Source: Candidatus Omnitrophota bacterium (GTDB taxonomy: Bacteria; Omnitrophota; Gorgyraeia; Duberdicusellales; 4484-171). From it: a DNA stretch of 64,000 nucleotides. Shown one piece after another: positions 49,862 to 60,697 of the stretch; position 1 is the first letter of the stretch; each line of letters opens with the position of its first letter. Position numbers and translations under genes: made by a program. Below the pieces are notes generated by a model. That model ran no database searches and was not told the DNA's origin. It saw only the letters and a list, made by a program, of their open reading frames with translations. The stretch is taken from positions 8,818 to 72,817 of the forward strand of contig JAQVMQ010000001.1 in assembly GCA_028703535.1 (NCBI GenBank). The letters are read 5' to 3'.

Positions 49862-50080
49862 TTATTTGTATCTAAAAGTTATTCTGCCTCTGCCTAAATC
49901 ATAAGGCGATAATTCAAGTTTAACCCTATCACCCGGTAAAATACGTATAAAATGCATACGCATCTTTCCGGAAACATGCCCTGTCACTACATGACCGTTC
50001 TCAAGTTTAACCTTAAAAACAGCATTCGGCAATGCCTCTAATATTTCTCCATCAACAGAAATTAAATCTTCTTTTGCCAT
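49862..50080 (-). CDS. infA: Translation initiation factor IF-1
   Basis: [24 protein letters not shown]...S1-like fold, 72 aa. Confidence 0.95.
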   Translation of the reverse strand: MAKEDLISVDGEILEALPNAVFKVKLENGHVVTGHVSGKMRMHFIRILPGDRVKLELSPYDLGRGRITFRYK

Positions 50081-50081
50081 A

Positions 50082-50831
50082 TTATCCTGTTATAACTATA
50101 CTGCCGTCTTCCGTGACTCCTATAGTATGTTCATAATGAGCCGATAATTTATTATCCGCTGTTATCACAGTCCAGTCATTTTCCAATAAACTGACTTCAT
50201 GTGTCCCTTCACAAACCATAGGTTCAATCGCGACAGCATCACCGGCTTTCAATCTATATCCATCATTTTTTATACCGAAATTAGGTACTTCGGGCGGAAG
50301 ATGCAAATCTTCGCCTATCCCGTGCCCCACAAATCGTCTAACAACCGAAAAGCCGTTTTGTTCGACAAAATCCTGTATTAAAGAGCCTATATCACCTACC
50401 GTAACCCCCGGCCTGACTATAGCAATCGCTTTATCTAAAGCTTCTTTGGTTACACGCGCGATACGTAAAACTTTTTCGTCACAATCACCGACACAATAGC
50501 TTGATGTCGTATCAACATAAAGCCCTTTGTATTTTATCCCTAAATCAACACTAACCAGATCGCCGTTTTTAAGGATCTTTTCGACACTCGGTATGCCGTG
50601 TATAACTTCTTCATTTACCGAGACACATAAAGATGCGGGGTAACCCATATACCCTTTAAACGCCGCGCTCATCTCTTTATAGTTTTGCAAAAAAGTATCA
50701 AACGCGGTATCTATATCTTTTGTGGTTATACCCGGAACCACCATATCTTTCAATTTATCAAGAAACGCGGCCGCGACTTGACCGGCTTTACGCATTATCT
50801 GAAAATCATCCTGCGTAAGCTTGCGCCTCAT
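50082..50831 (-). CDS. map: Methionine aminopeptidase type I
   Basis: Metal ligands D..D..H..E..E in pita-bread fold (VGHGIG, HYEHT). Confidence 0.9.
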   Translation of the reverse strand: MRRKLTQDDFQIMRKAGQVAAAFLDKLKDMVVPGITTKDIDTAFDTFLQNYKEMSAAFKGYMGYPASLCVSVNEEVIHGIPSVEKILKNGDLVSVDLGIKYKGLYVDTTSSYCVGDCDEKVLRIARVTKEALDKAIAIVRPGVTVGDIGSLIQDFVEQNGFSVVRRFVGHGIGEDLHLPPEVPNFGIKNDGYRLKAGDAVAIEPMVCEGTHEVSLLENDWTVITADNKLSAHYEHTIGVTEDGSIVITG

Positions 50832-51457
50832 GCGATCCTCTGCAAAACTTCATTATAGACATCATCGATATTACCGTTGGCATTAACCTCAATAAAATTT
50901 CCGTTATTGCGGTAATAATCCAACAACGCTTTGCTGCTGTCAGAAAAAACTTTCCAACGCTGTTTGATCGTCTCAGGATTATCATCAGCACGCTGTATAA
51001 GAGCAGTTGCACATTCATCGCATATCCCGTCTTTAGCCGGTTTGAGATTTTCTAAATGATATCCCGCCCCGCAATTCGGGCATACCCTGCGCTTAGATAA
51101 CCTATCAACAATAACATCTTCAGAAACTGCCATATAAATAAAATAATCTATCTTAAGCCCTTTCTCAGCAAGAATATTATCAAGCACCTGAGCTTGTTTA
51201 TCATTACGAGGGTAACCATCTAAAATAAAATCGTTACCTGTTATCGTCTCTTTTATTACCTTCCCGACAACTTCATCAGGGACAAGAAGGCCTTGCTTCA
51301 TATATGACTCGACTTCTTTACCTAACGTACTTTGTTTCTTTACTTCGTCACGCAGAATATCTCCTAAAGATATTTTACGTAATGACATCTTTTTACACAT
51401 CTCAACAGCCTGTGTACCTTTGCCCGATCCCGGAGCGCCAAAAAGTATTATATTCAT
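50828..51457 (-). CDS. adk: Adenylate kinase with 4-Cys zinc lid
   Basis: P-loop GAPGSGKGTQ, lid CPNCG...CDEC. Confidence 0.95.
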   Translation of the reverse strand: MNIILFGAPGSGKGTQAVEMCKKMSLRKISLGDILRDEVKKQSTLGKEVESYMKQGLLVPDEVVGKVIKETITGNDFILDGYPRNDKQAQVLDNILAEKGLKIDYFIYMAVSEDVIVDRLSKRRVCPNCGAGYHLENLKPAKDGICDECATALIQRADDNPETIKQRWKVFSDSSKALLDYYRNNGNFIEVNANGNIDDVYNEVLQRIA

Positions 51458-52803
51458 CTTCTACCCCTTAAAGTTCCCTTCTTCATAAAACCGTCATAAT
51501 GCCGTACTAATAATTGTCCTTCTATCTGCCGCATAGTATCTAAAACTACACCTACCATAATTAATAATGTCGTACCTCCAAATAAAGAAGCCAACGAATA
51601 AGATGGCGCGTTAAATACCGTCATAACAATATTCGGAAAAACCGCTATAAAACATATATATACAGCCCCGACAAAAACTATACGTGTCGCAACATAATCA
51701 AGGTACTTAGCTGTTTCCTTTCCGGGCCGTATGCCCGGAACAAACCCGCTATGACGCTTAAGGTTATTGGCAATCTCAACCGGCTGAAATACCATAGCAG
51801 TATGAAAATACATGAAAAACATTATCATACCGGCATAGATAAGATTATACCAAACACCCCGCTGATGTATTATACTCTGTAAAAATGAAAACTTATCGCC
51901 AAAGAACATAGCTAAAGTAGCAGGCACTGTTAAAACACTGCTTGCAAATATTATCGCTATAACACCCGACATATCAACTTTAACGGGCAAATAAGAACTT
52001 TGTCCGCCGAATACTTTACGTCCGACTACGCGTCTGCCATATTGTATAGGTATACGCCTTTGGGCCTGTGTAAATAAAACAACTGCCGCGACTAATGCCA
52101 GCCATAAAATTAATAAAACAACTACTTTAGGTGTCGAGAACGTTCTGTTAGCCGGATCCATAGGTGACCATAATATCCAAAGCTGGTTAATAGCCGAGGG
52201 TATACGCGACATAATACTTGTCGTAATTATCAGTGATATCCCATTACCGATGCCCCGTTCCTGTATCTGCTCACCAAGCCACATAACAAATACCGTGCCC
52301 GCAGTAAGCGTCAATATCGTTGTAATAATAAAAACGAAATTAGGGTCAGGCACAATTACTATACGCTGTCCGCCTTGTGAAAAATTAGCCGGATTAGCAA
52401 GCCAAAGCGCAATGAACAAACCCTGTATAACACATAATATAAAAGTAAGCATACGCGTATACTGGTTAATCTTTTCATAGCCGGCCTTGCCTTCCTTTGC
52501 CAATTTTTCTAATACAGGGACAACCGCAGTCAATAACTGCATTATGATAGAAGCCGAAATATACGGCATTATGCCTAACGCAAAAATACTTAAACGTGTC
52601 AATGCGCCTCCGGTAAACAAGTTCATCATACCGAAAATCGTCTGACCCTGCATTTTAGCAAAAAACTGAGAAAGAGCGAACGTATCAACACCCGGTGTCG
52701 GGACAAAACAGCCTATACGATAAACAACAAGCAAGGCTAAAGTTACATATACTTTTCGACGTAAATCCCGTATCTTAAAAATATTTTTTATACTATCAAA
52801 CAT
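51454..52803 (-). CDS. secY: Preprotein translocase subunit SecY
   Basis: 10-TM architecture, conserved SecY motifs. Confidence 0.95.
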   Translation of the reverse strand: MFDSIKNIFKIRDLRRKVYVTLALLVVYRIGCFVPTPGVDTFALSQFFAKMQGQTIFGMMNLFTGGALTRLSIFALGIMPYISASIIMQLLTAVVPVLEKLAKEGKAGYEKINQYTRMLTFILCVIQGLFIALWLANPANFSQGGQRIVIVPDPNFVFIITTILTLTAGTVFVMWLGEQIQERGIGNGISLIITTSIMSRIPSAINQLWILWSPMDPANRTFSTPKVVVLLILWLALVAAVVLFTQAQRRIPIQYGRRVVGRKVFGGQSSYLPVKVDMSGVIAIIFASSVLTVPATLAMFFGDKFSFLQSIIHQRGVWYNLIYAGMIMFFMYFHTAMVFQPVEIANNLKRHSGFVPGIRPGKETAKYLDYVATRIVFVGAVYICFIAVFPNIVMTVFNAPSYSLASLFGGTTLLIMVGVVLDTMRQIEGQLLVRHYDGFMKKGTLRGRR

Positions 52804-52805
52804 TT

Positions 52806-53291
52806 CTAGTTAACAGCTGTGTTATTTTCTTCTGCACCATTCTGCGCAATCTGAATCGTACCGCCGGCAGCTTCGATTATTTCTTTTGCTTTAGCGCTAT
52901 ACGCATCAACAGTAAAATTTATCTTAAGTTTAAATTCCTGTTTACAATATGCCAAAATCTTTACAGGTTTTCTTACCGATCTGATTAATCCTTTATTCTT
53001 AAGGACTTCTTTATTTATATCTTTAACATCAGCTAATACTTTTTCAATAGCCGTTAAATTAACTATTTGAAAAACCGTCCTGCGCGGTAGATTAAACCCG
53101 CGTTTAGGGATCTTGCGGAAATAAGGTATATTACCGCCCTCAAATCCTGCATAAGGCGTTTTCTTACCTTTACGCTGTCCGGCACCTTTATGGCCTCTGC
53201 CGCTTGTCTTGCCTAAAGTAGAACCAACACCTCGCCCTAATCTTTTAACTTTGCGTTTTTTTGTTTTAGGTTTTAATTTCGATAGATCCAT
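52806..53291 (-). CDS. rplO: 50S ribosomal protein L15
   Basis: KRLGRGVGSTLGKTSGRGHKG motif. Confidence 0.9.
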   Translation of the reverse strand: MDLSKLKPKTKKRKVKRLGRGVGSTLGKTSGRGHKGAGQRKGKKTPYAGFEGGNIPYFRKIPKRGFNLPRRTVFQIVNLTAIEKVLADVKDINKEVLKNKGLIRSVRKPVKILAYCKQEFKLKINFTVDAYSAKAKEIIEAAGGTIQIAQNGAEENNTAVN

Positions 53292-53293
53292 TT

Positions 53294-53893
53294 TTAACCT
53301 TTCAGCCCCTTTAACCCTTCAAATGTCGCTTTAACAACATTAATCGGGTTGGATGATTTCTTTAAATTCTTTGTTAATATATCCTTTATACCGGCACATT
53401 CACAAACCGCACGCACCGGAGCAGAAGCGATAACACCGGTTCCTTCCGACGCAGGTTTAAGCAAAATATCAACCGCACTGAATTCACCGATGATTTCATG
53501 GCTTATTGTCGTATTTTTTTTCTTAACAGTAATAAGATTCTGACGTGCTTTTTTTAAACCTTTACGGATAGCATCAGCAACCTCGTTCGCTTTACCTAAC
53601 GCAAATCCTACTTTATTTTCTTCCGGTTTACCTACTACAACTAAAGCAGAAAAACCTAGGTTCTTACCGCCTTTTGTTACCTTAGTAACACGATTTATAA
53701 ACAAAACTTTTTCGATAAAAACATTATCACCTTCTTCTGCCGGCTGGCGCCTAAACGATTGCCTGCCACCTTGCTGTTTTCCGCCTTGTTTTTTTTCAAC
53801 TTCAGCCTTTTCATTAACCGGTTTTTCAACCTGTGTTTTTTCAGCCTGCGGATTTTCAGCCGTATCATTAAGTTGTTTTTCGCTATTTTCCAT
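53294..53893 (-). CDS. rpsE: 30S ribosomal protein S5 with about 48-aa low-complexity N-terminal extension
   Basis: S5 core begins near [18 protein letters not shown]; preceded by Q/E/K-rich segment. Confidence 0.9.
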   Translation of the reverse strand: MENSEKQLNDTAENPQAEKTQVEKPVNEKAEVEKKQGGKQQGGRQSFRRQPAEEGDNVFIEKVLFINRVTKVTKGGKNLGFSALVVVGKPEENKVGFALGKANEVADAIRKGLKKARQNLITVKKKNTTISHEIIGEFSAVDILLKPASEGTGVIASAPVRAVCECAGIKDILTKNLKKSSNPINVVKATFEGLKGLKG

Positions 53894-54246
53894 TAAAATT
53901 CTAAACCTCCTTCACGTGCGCCATCGGCCAAAGCTTTGATACGTCCGTGATACTTATAACCCGCCCGGTCAAAACATACCTTTGTGAAACCCGCAGCTTT
54001 AGCTTTTTTCGCTATCTCAAGCCCAATCTGTTCAGCCGCAGCTTTATCTGTGGTTTTAATTTTCTTATCTTTAAACATAGGAGATAAAGTAGATACGCCT
54101 GTTATCACTTTATCAGCGGAATCATCCACTATTTGAGCATAAATATGCTTATTACTTCTAAATACCGTTAAACGTGGTTTACCCGATATCCCAATAACCG
54201 TGCGTCTAACTCTATTATGTCTTCTTTTACGACCTGTGACTTTCAT
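53893..54246 (-). CDS. rplR: 50S ribosomal protein L18
   Basis: L18 family motifs ([18 protein letters not shown]). Confidence 0.9.
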   Translation of the reverse strand: MKVTGRKRRHNRVRRTVIGISGKPRLTVFRSNKHIYAQIVDDSADKVITGVSTLSPMFKDKKIKTTDKAAAEQIGLEIAKKAKAAGFTKVCFDRAGYKYHGRIKALADGAREGGLEF

Positions 54247-54263
54247 CCTTATTTCTCCGTTTA

Positions 54264-54803
54264 TTATTTAGCCAGAGCTTTACCCAGCTTCTTACGTACT
54301 TGTTCGCCAGTATAACGAATACCTTTACCTTTATATGGCTCAGGGGGATTAACATCCCGGACTTTCGCAGCGAATTGTCCTACCGCCTGTTTATCTATCC
54401 CTTCAATTACAATATGCGTTAAATTCGGTACTGTTATTTTTATACCGTCAGGCGCGGGCATCTCAACAGGATGAGAAAACCCAACATTTAATACCAGCGT
54501 AGAACCTTTAGTCTGTGCCTTGTAACCTACACCAATAATATCTAACTCTTTCTTATAACCGTCTGTCACGCCTTTTACCATATTATTTATAAGAACACGT
54601 ATCGTACCATGTAAACTGCGTGACAGTTTATCATCCCCACGCCGGCTGACCTCAACAGTTTCCTGTTCAATTTTGAGTTCAACATGACCCGGAACAGTCA
54701 ATCGCAACTCACCCTTAGGTCCTTTAACATTCAATACATCACCGGTATACGCTACAGTTACACCTTGTTTAATCTTTATCGGCAGTTTTCCTATTCGTGA
54801 CAT
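54264..54803 (-). CDS. rplF: 50S ribosomal protein L6
   Basis: MSRIGKLPIKI... two L6 domains. Confidence 0.95.
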   Translation of the reverse strand: MSRIGKLPIKIKQGVTVAYTGDVLNVKGPKGELRLTVPGHVELKIEQETVEVSRRGDDKLSRSLHGTIRVLINNMVKGVTDGYKKELDIIGVGYKAQTKGSTLVLNVGFSHPVEMPAPDGIKITVPNLTHIVIEGIDKQAVGQFAAKVRDVNPPEPYKGKGIRYTGEQVRKKLGKALAK

Positions 54804-54830
54804 TTTAATCTATCCTCTCGTATAATAATT

Positions 54831-55226
54831 TTACCAAACCATTCCAATATACTCACCGCCTACCCCGTTTTCACGCGCTTGACGATCAGTAAAAATACCC
54901 TTAGACGTTGAATACAAACCGATACCATGACCTCTCAAAACAGATTTAACATCCTTTGAACTTAAATATATCCTTAATCCCGGTTTTGAAACACGCTTTA
55001 TACATTCAATTGCACTTTTTCTATCATTATATTTAAGATAGACCTTTACCTTCTTGATGCCGGAAACTTCCAACTGCTTATAGTCCTCAATATATCCCTC
55101 ACTCTTGAGAATATCGCATATAGTCATGACTAATTTAGAATAAGGCACCTCAACATCATCCTTAGAAACCATTATCCCGTTACGTATAATAGTAAATGTA
55201 TCCCCTATTAGATCTGATCTGCTCAT
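54831..55226 (-). CDS. rpsH: 30S ribosomal protein S8
   Basis: DTFTIIRNG...GGEYIGMVW. Confidence 0.95.
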   Translation of the reverse strand: MSRSDLIGDTFTIIRNGIMVSKDDVEVPYSKLVMTICDILKSEGYIEDYKQLEVSGIKKVKVYLKYNDRKSAIECIKRVSKPGLRIYLSSKDVKSVLRGHGIGLYSTSKGIFTDRQARENGVGGEYIGMVW

Positions 55227-55242
55227 TAATTACCTTCCTTCT

Positions 55243-55437
55243 TTACCAGCTGGCTTTTTTTACACCCGGTATAAGCCCTTGCCATGCGAGTTCACGAAAA
55301 CATATACGGCATAACTCAAAGTCACGCATATAAGCTCTCGGTCTGCCGCATAAACGGCAACGATTATGATACCGTGTAGAGAATTTAACTTTCAGTTTTT
55401 CTCTTTTCCATTTTTCGATTTTGCTTGTTATAGCCAT
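55243..55437 (-). CDS. rpsN: 30S ribosomal protein S14 type Z (zinc-binding)
   Basis: [10 protein letters not shown]...CRICFRE, 64 aa. Confidence 0.9.
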   Translation of the reverse strand: MAITSKIEKWKREKLKVKFSTRYHNRCRLCGRPRAYMRDFELCRICFRELAWQGLIPGVKKASW

Positions 55438-55449
55438 ATTTTTTCTACC

Positions 55450-56022
55450 TTAACTTTTTTTGAACGGAAACCCGAACATCTTCAGCAATTCCCGCGCTTC
55501 GTTATCTGTTTTAGCAGTCGTCACTATAGTAACATTCATGCCAAATGTTTTTGTAACTTTATCCAAATTCAACTCAGGGAAAATAGTCTGTTCCAATATC
55601 CCGAAATTATAATTACCGCTTTTATCAAAACCGGTAGTCGAATAACCTCTAAAGTCTCTTATACGCGGCATAGCAATTGATATCATTCTGTCAAGGAATT
55701 CATACATACGGTAACGCCTTAAAACAACACAACATGCTATTGGCAGCCCTTTACGCAATTTAAAATTAGATATAGGTTTCTTCGCACGGCAGATTTTGGC
55801 TTTCTGACCTGTGATCTGTGCCAATTCTTTCGCCGCCTGGTCAACTATCTTAGAATCATTTATACCTTCACTTATTCCCATGTTAATTACGATCTTTGAA
55901 ACAGCAGGCACAGCCATAATATTCTTGTACCCGAAAAGTTTCGTCAGTTCAGGCACGAACTCTTTACGGTATTTCTCTAATAACCGCGGAACTTTTTTTT
56001 CTTTTAAATTGTTTGTTGACAT
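55450..56022 (-). CDS. rplE: 50S ribosomal protein L5
   Basis: L5 family; likely start at internal Met (MSTNN...); overlaps rplX 3' end. Confidence 0.9.
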   Translation of the reverse strand: MSTNNLKEKKVPRLLEKYRKEFVPELTKLFGYKNIMAVPAVSKIVINMGISEGINDSKIVDQAAKELAQITGQKAKICRAKKPISNFKLRKGLPIACCVVLRRYRMYEFLDRMISIAMPRIRDFRGYSTTGFDKSGNYNFGILEQTIFPELNLDKVTKTFGMNVTIVTTAKTDNEARELLKMFGFPFKKS

Positions 56023-56318
56023 TTTTTGCAAACCCTTATTTTTGTCTTATCTTTTAATAATTTAACTCCGAACTTAACACCTTTACCGCACTTTGAACAG
56101 TATAAAGCCACATTAGAGACATCAACCGGTGCAGGAATCTCTTTTATACCGCCCGGCGCATTCTCGCCACGCTGACGCATATGCTTTTTAACCAAATTTA
56201 TACCATCAACTATTACATTACGTTTAGTATAGTTAACAACTAATATCTTACCTGACTTACCCTTGTCTTTGCCAGCTACGATCTCTACTTTATCACCTTT
56301 TTTAACTCCTAACCCCAT
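56004..56318 (-). CDS. rplX: 50S ribosomal protein L24 carrying CxxC...CxxC in C-terminal region
   Basis: KOW motif GDKVEIVAGKDKGK; C-terminal YCSKCGKG...RVCKKCQ four cysteines. Confidence 0.9.
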   Translation of the reverse strand: MGLGVKKGDKVEIVAGKDKGKSGKILVVNYTKRNVIVDGINLVKKHMRQRGENAPGGIKEIPAPVDVSNVALYCSKCGKGVKFGVKLLKDKTKIRVCKKCQQTI

Positions 56319-56331
56319 AGTATCACCTTTT

Positions 56332-56697
56332 TTAAATTACTTCCGGCGCAAGCGAAAGAATCTTAGTAAATTTACCTCTTAACTCACGCGCGATAGGTCC
56401 GAAAACACGAGTCGCACGAGGGTTGAACTGCTTATCTATAATGACACACGCATTCCTGTCAAACTTTATACACATACCATCCTTACGCTTAATAGGAAAA
56501 CAAGTACGCACGACAACCGCGCGAACAACCTCACCTTTTTTTATCGCACCGTTAGCCGTAGCTTCTTTAACACTTGCTGTAATAACATCGCCTACATCAG
56601 CATGATCTTTATTCTTTTTACCTATAACACCTATGAAAGCCACCTGTTTGGCGCCGCTGTTATCGGCAACATCCAATTTTGTACGCATGTAAATCAT
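56332..56697 (-). CDS. rplN: 50S ribosomal protein L14
   Basis: [10 protein letters not shown] motif. Confidence 0.95.
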   Translation of the reverse strand: MIYMRTKLDVADNSGAKQVAFIGVIGKKNKDHADVGDVITASVKEATANGAIKKGEVVRAVVVRTCFPIKRKDGMCIKFDRNACVIIDKQFNPRATRVFGPIARELRGKFTKILSLAPEVI

Positions 56698-56933
56698 TTT
56701 ACCACTTCCATTAGTTTAAATTTTTTCTCTTTAGAATAAGGTCTTGACTCAATTACCCTTACTTTATCGCCAATAACCGCTGTATTCTCCGGATCGTGCA
56801 CTTTATATTTTTTCTTGGTAGTTATCATTTTCTTATATAACTTGTGCGGTGCACGCCTAGCAACTTCTATTACAATAGTTTTATCCATCTTATCCGAAAC
56901 AACAAGACCTTCTAATATCCTTCGGCTGCTCAT
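56694..56933 (-). CDS. rpsQ: 30S ribosomal protein S17
   Basis: [20 protein letters not shown] fold. Confidence 0.95.
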   Translation of the reverse strand: MSSRRILEGLVVSDKMDKTIVIEVARRAPHKLYKKMITTKKKYKVHDPENTAVIGDKVRVIESRPYSKEKKFKLMEVVK

Positions 56934-57109
56934 TTATTTACCTCACTTTTATCATTTAAAACCGTCATAATGCGGGCAATATCTTTTTTTATTACCCTCA
57001 TCATATGCGGTTTTTCAATACCTGTTTTACGTTTAAAAGTAAACTCCATTAGCTCTTTTTTAAGCTCATCAAGTTTAACGTTTAACTCATCTTTATGCAT
57101 TTGTCGCAT
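56930..57109 (-). CDS. rpmC: 50S ribosomal protein L29 (start uncertain; longest ORF runs to 57187 overlapping rplP)
   Basis: MRQMHKDELNVKLDELKKEL... L29-like helix; internal Met chosen. Confidence 0.8.
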   Translation of the reverse strand: MRQMHKDELNVKLDELKKELMEFTFKRKTGIEKPHMMRVIKKDIARIMTVLNDKSEVNK

Positions 57110-57140
57110 TTCTTTTATCTTCACTTCCGAACTCCTATTA

Positions 57141-57548
57141 TTAATGTCTCTTGACAAAGACCGTTTTAAACGGGAACTTATATGCAATCAATTTAAATGA
57201 TTCGCGAGCGTAACTTTCCGGCACACCGCCAATCTCAAAAAGTACACGGCCTCTGCGTATAACAGCAACCCATTTATCAATATCGCCCTTACCTTTACCC
57301 ATACGCGATTCTACAGGATGCTTAGTTACCGGTTTATCCGGGAATATTCTTATCCATAATTTACCGTTACGTCTTAAACGGCGTGTCAAAATAACACGAA
57401 CAGTCTCAATTAGATTGTTTTTAAGCCATCCGGGCTCTACAGCTTTAATACCGTAATCGCCAAACGACACCGTCGATCCTGCCACGGCGACTCCTTTACG
57501 ATTGCCGCGATGCGCTTTTCTATATTTTACTCTCTTTGGTAAAAGCAT
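57141..57548 (-). CDS. rplP: 50S ribosomal protein L16
   Basis: MLLPKRVKYRKAHRG... Confidence 0.95.
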   Translation of the reverse strand: MLLPKRVKYRKAHRGNRKGVAVAGSTVSFGDYGIKAVEPGWLKNNLIETVRVILTRRLRRNGKLWIRIFPDKPVTKHPVESRMGKGKGDIDKWVAVIRRGRVLFEIGGVPESYARESFKLIAYKFPFKTVFVKRH

Positions 57549-57560
57549 CTCTTTATTCTC

Positions 57561-58235
57561 CTATGACTGATTCTCTACTTCTTCATTTATTAAATATGCA
57601 CCAAGCTGCTTGATTCCTTTATATATCCATACCTTAATACCAATAATACCGTAAGTAGTACTGGCAACGGCATATCCATAATCGATATCGGCACAAAAAG
57701 TCTGTAACGGCACTTTACCATACATATATTTCTCGGCACGCGCAATTTCGGCTCCGCCTAAACGCCCTTTACATTTTATTTTCATACCCTCACAACCCGC
57801 AGCCGTCGCCTGCTGTATAGCACGTTTCATAGCACGTCTAAAATTAACGCGCCTCTTTAACTGAAAAGCTACCTGCTCAGCAACAAGTTGCGCGTCTGTC
57901 GAAGGATCATGTATCTCTTCAACGTCAATGCGCACTTCACGTTTTGTCAACTTAGTAATCTCGGCTTTTACCCTTTCTATGTCCTGCCCGCGGCGACCGA
58001 TAATAACACCCGGCCGTGACGTAGACACACGTATCTTAATAAAAGTCGAGCTAACACGCTCAATGACTATCTTCGAAATCGACCCCAACGGATAACTCTT
58101 TTTTATAATTTTACGGATACGTACATCCTCTTCAAGAAAATCAGCAAATTCACGACGGCTTGAGGTAAACCACTTCGATTGCCAATCTTTACCAAAACCC
58201 AGCCTTACTATATACGGATGTATTTTATGTCCCAT
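57561..58235 (-). CDS. rpsC: 30S ribosomal protein S3
   Basis: MGHKIHPYIVRLG, KH domain. Confidence 0.95.
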   Translation of the reverse strand: MGHKIHPYIVRLGFGKDWQSKWFTSSRREFADFLEEDVRIRKIIKKSYPLGSISKIVIERVSSTFIKIRVSTSRPGVIIGRRGQDIERVKAEITKLTKREVRIDVEEIHDPSTDAQLVAEQVAFQLKRRVNFRRAMKRAIQQATAAGCEGMKIKCKGRLGGAEIARAEKYMYGKVPLQTFCADIDYGYAVASTTYGIIGIKVWIYKGIKQLGAYLINEEVENQS

Positions 58236-58238
58236 AAC

Positions 58239-58610
58239 TTATCTCTTTTTCTCCTTGTTAGGCTGTTGTACTATAACAGCATCTTTTGAATCTAATTCAA
58301 CAACAATATGCGACATACGCTTACGAATTGAAGTCGCACGTCCGAAAGTGGCAGCACGCCATCTTTTAAGCATCGGCCCTGAATTTATTAAAAGTTTAGA
58401 AATGAACAACGATTCTTCCCTATAGCCTTTAACTTTAGCATTAGCTACAGCAGACTTGAGTACTTGTCGTATCATCGCCGCACCTTTCTTTGTCATCATA
58501 CTCAAATTAACGTCCGCGGACATTACATTAGCACCTTTGATCAACGCCACAACCGGCCTTACTTTGGTCGGTGATATTCTCATATATTTTGATTCTGCTC
58601 TTGCTACCAT
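58239..58610 (-). CDS. rplV: 50S ribosomal protein L22
   Basis: L22 family. Confidence 0.9.
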   Translation of the reverse strand: MVARAESKYMRISPTKVRPVVALIKGANVMSADVNLSMMTKKGAAMIRQVLKSAVANAKVKGYREESLFISKLLINSGPMLKRWRAATFGRATSIRKRMSHIVVELDSKDAVIVQQPNKEKKR

Positions 58611-58622
58611 AATTTTTTCCCG

Positions 58623-58910
58623 TTATTTCTTCTGTAATGCTTTCTTCGCTTTAATACCGCCATGCGTTTTGAACGTTCTTGTCGGAGCAAATTCACCCAA
58701 CCTATGTCCAACCATAGATTCTGTGACAAAAACCAAAATATGTTTTTTCCCGTTATGCACGTTAAAATGCATACCGACAAAATCCGGCATGATCATAGAA
58801 GCGCGTGACCACGTTTGGATAGGTTTTCTATCGCTGGCAAGCTTTGCGCGTTCTACTTTCTTAAGCAATTTCTCACTTACAAAAGGTCCTTTTTTTAATG
58901 AACGTCCCAT
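58623..58910 (-). CDS. rpsS: 30S ribosomal protein S19
   Basis: [11 protein letters not shown]...HNGKKH. Confidence 0.95.
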   Translation of the reverse strand: MGRSLKKGPFVSEKLLKKVERAKLASDRKPIQTWSRASMIMPDFVGMHFNVHNGKKHILVFVTESMVGHRLGEFAPTRTFKTHGGIKAKKALQKK

Positions 58911-58922
58911 ATTAAATTACCT

Positions 58923-59768
58923 TTACTTTCGTTTCGTTACTCGTCTTTGAACAATATATTTATTACTGCGCTTACCAGGCTTTCTGGTCTTAGCTCCCTT
59001 AGTCGGTTTACCCCACGGAGTAACCGGATGAGGATTACCCTGTCCTGCACGTCCTTCACCTCCGCCATGCGGGTGATCGACCGGATTCATGGCAACACCA
59101 CGGACTTTCGGTTTAAAGCCCAGCCATCTTGTACGTCCGGCTTTACCTTTAACAAATGATTTATGCTCAATAAGCCCAACCTGTCCAATAGTAGCACGGC
59201 ATTCTAGTTTAACTAACCGTATTTCACCACTCGGCATTTTCAGCTGCGCCATACTGCCTTCTTTTGCCATAAGCTGAACACTACTGCCGGCCGTACGCGC
59301 CATAACAGCACCCTTGCCGGGAACAAGTTCAACGTTATGCACAACAGTACCCAACGGGACATATTTCAATTTCATACTATTGCCCGGACGAATATCTACC
59401 TGTTCATCAGCCGCACTTACAACTATATCACCTACTTTAAGGTTATCCGGCCATATTATATAACGTTTTTCATTGTCTTCATACTGCACAAGACTGATAC
59501 GCGCCGACCTGTTCGGGTCATATTCGACAGTCAAGACATTAGCAGGCATATCATACTTATCACGTTTAAAATCGATTATACGATACCTGCGTTTATGCCC
59601 GCCTCCACGATGACGCATAGTAATACGTCCTGTATTATTACGTCCACCTTTCTTGCGAAGCGCTACTGTCAACGATTTTTCAGGCTTATCCACAGTCAAC
59701 TCGGCAAAATCCGAGATTGCCTTGAATCTGCTTGTCGGTGTTATTGGTTTATACTTTTTTATACCCAT
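58923..59768 (-). CDS. rplB: 50S ribosomal protein L2
   Basis: [21 protein letters not shown]. Confidence 0.95.
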   Translation of the reverse strand: MGIKKYKPITPTSRFKAISDFAELTVDKPEKSLTVALRKKGGRNNTGRITMRHRGGGHKRRYRIIDFKRDKYDMPANVLTVEYDPNRSARISLVQYEDNEKRYIIWPDNLKVGDIVVSAADEQVDIRPGNSMKLKYVPLGTVVHNVELVPGKGAVMARTAGSSVQLMAKEGSMAQLKMPSGEIRLVKLECRATIGQVGLIEHKSFVKGKAGRTRWLGFKPKVRGVAMNPVDHPHGGGEGRAGQGNPHPVTPWGKPTKGAKTRKPGKRSNKYIVQRRVTKRK

Positions 59769-59780
59769 AATTTGTCCTTA

Positions 59781-60062
59781 TTAAGCCAGCTTAATATCAA
59801 AGCCTTCTTTTAACGTTACTACTGCTTTCTTACGATCAACGGTTTTACCCAAACGAGTTCTTACTCTCTTCATCTTACCTTTAACGATCTCAGTAGCGAC
59901 CTTATCTACCTTAACCTTATATATCTTTTCAACCGCACGCTTAATCTCTACTTTATTAGCGGTAATATCAACCAAAAAAGTATACTGTCTATACGGCAAA
60001 ACTCTGCTTGATTTCTCAGTTATAAGCGCACTTTTTAAAACTGAATAAATACTCTTGTTCAT
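59781..60062 (-). CDS. rplW: 50S ribosomal protein L23
   Basis: L23 family. Confidence 0.9.
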   Translation of the reverse strand: MNKSIYSVLKSALITEKSSRVLPYRQYTFLVDITANKVEIKRAVEKIYKVKVDKVATEIVKGKMKRVRTRLGKTVDRKKAVVTLKEGFDIKLA

Positions 60063-60697
60063 GAAAGACCCTTAGTTATTCGCGCTTGAATATTTTCCAA
60101 CGCGTCTTTGGTTACTATAAGTTTTTTACAATCCAGCACCGTATAAGTTGTTAAGCTCTGCGCTATCTCCATATCAACTTTTTTAATATTACGCGAAGAC
60201 AGTTTAACATTATCTTCACACTGCAAAACAACAAACCGTACACGCTGACCGTCAAGTTTTAAAGTTTTTAATATCGCCGCAAAATCTTTTGTCTTAGGGG
60301 AATCGAATTCTATTTTATCAAGCACGATTATCTCATCGTCGTTAAGCTTTGCGTTAAGCGCGCTTTTGAAAGCTTTTAGTTTCATTTTTTTCGGAAGATC
60401 TTTATGAAAAGAATGCGGCACCGGACCAAAAAGTGTTGCGCCATGACGCCATAACGGAGATCTGCTGGATCCGACACGCGCACGGCCTGTACCTTTTTGA
60501 CGCCAAGGCTTTTTACCGCCGCCACTGACTAACCCGCGCGTTTTCGTCATCGCAAGTCCTTTACGCTGATTAGCTCTATAGGCAACAACCGCCTGATGCA
60601 TTATTGACCCGTTAACTTCACCGTCAAAAACTTTAGGATCCAATCCTATTTTTTCAACTTCCTTGCCTTTAGTATTAATTACAGATATTTCTTTCAT
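60059..60697 (-). CDS. rplD: 50S ribosomal protein L4
   Basis: L4 family; start set at internal Met (MKEISVINTKG) giving ATGA overlap with rplC stop. Confidence 0.9.
   Translation of the reverse strand: MKEISVINTKGKEVEKIGLDPKVFDGEVNGSIMHQAVVAYRANQRKGLAMTKTRGLVSGGGKKPWRQKGTGRARVGSSRSPLWRHGATLFGPVPHSFHKDLPKKMKLKAFKSALNAKLNDDEIIVLDKIEFDSPKTKDFAAILKTLKLDGQRVRFVVLQCEDNVKLSSRNIKKVDMEIAQSLTTYTVLDCKKLIVTKDALENIQARITKGLS

Noticed and set aside
46424-59813. Numerous antisense ORFs within aspC-like and ribosomal protein genes (e.g. 46424..46999, 47695..48189, 58456..58950, 59337..59813)
   Set aside because: Antisense to highly conserved genes; Ser/Leu/Ile-rich junk translations.
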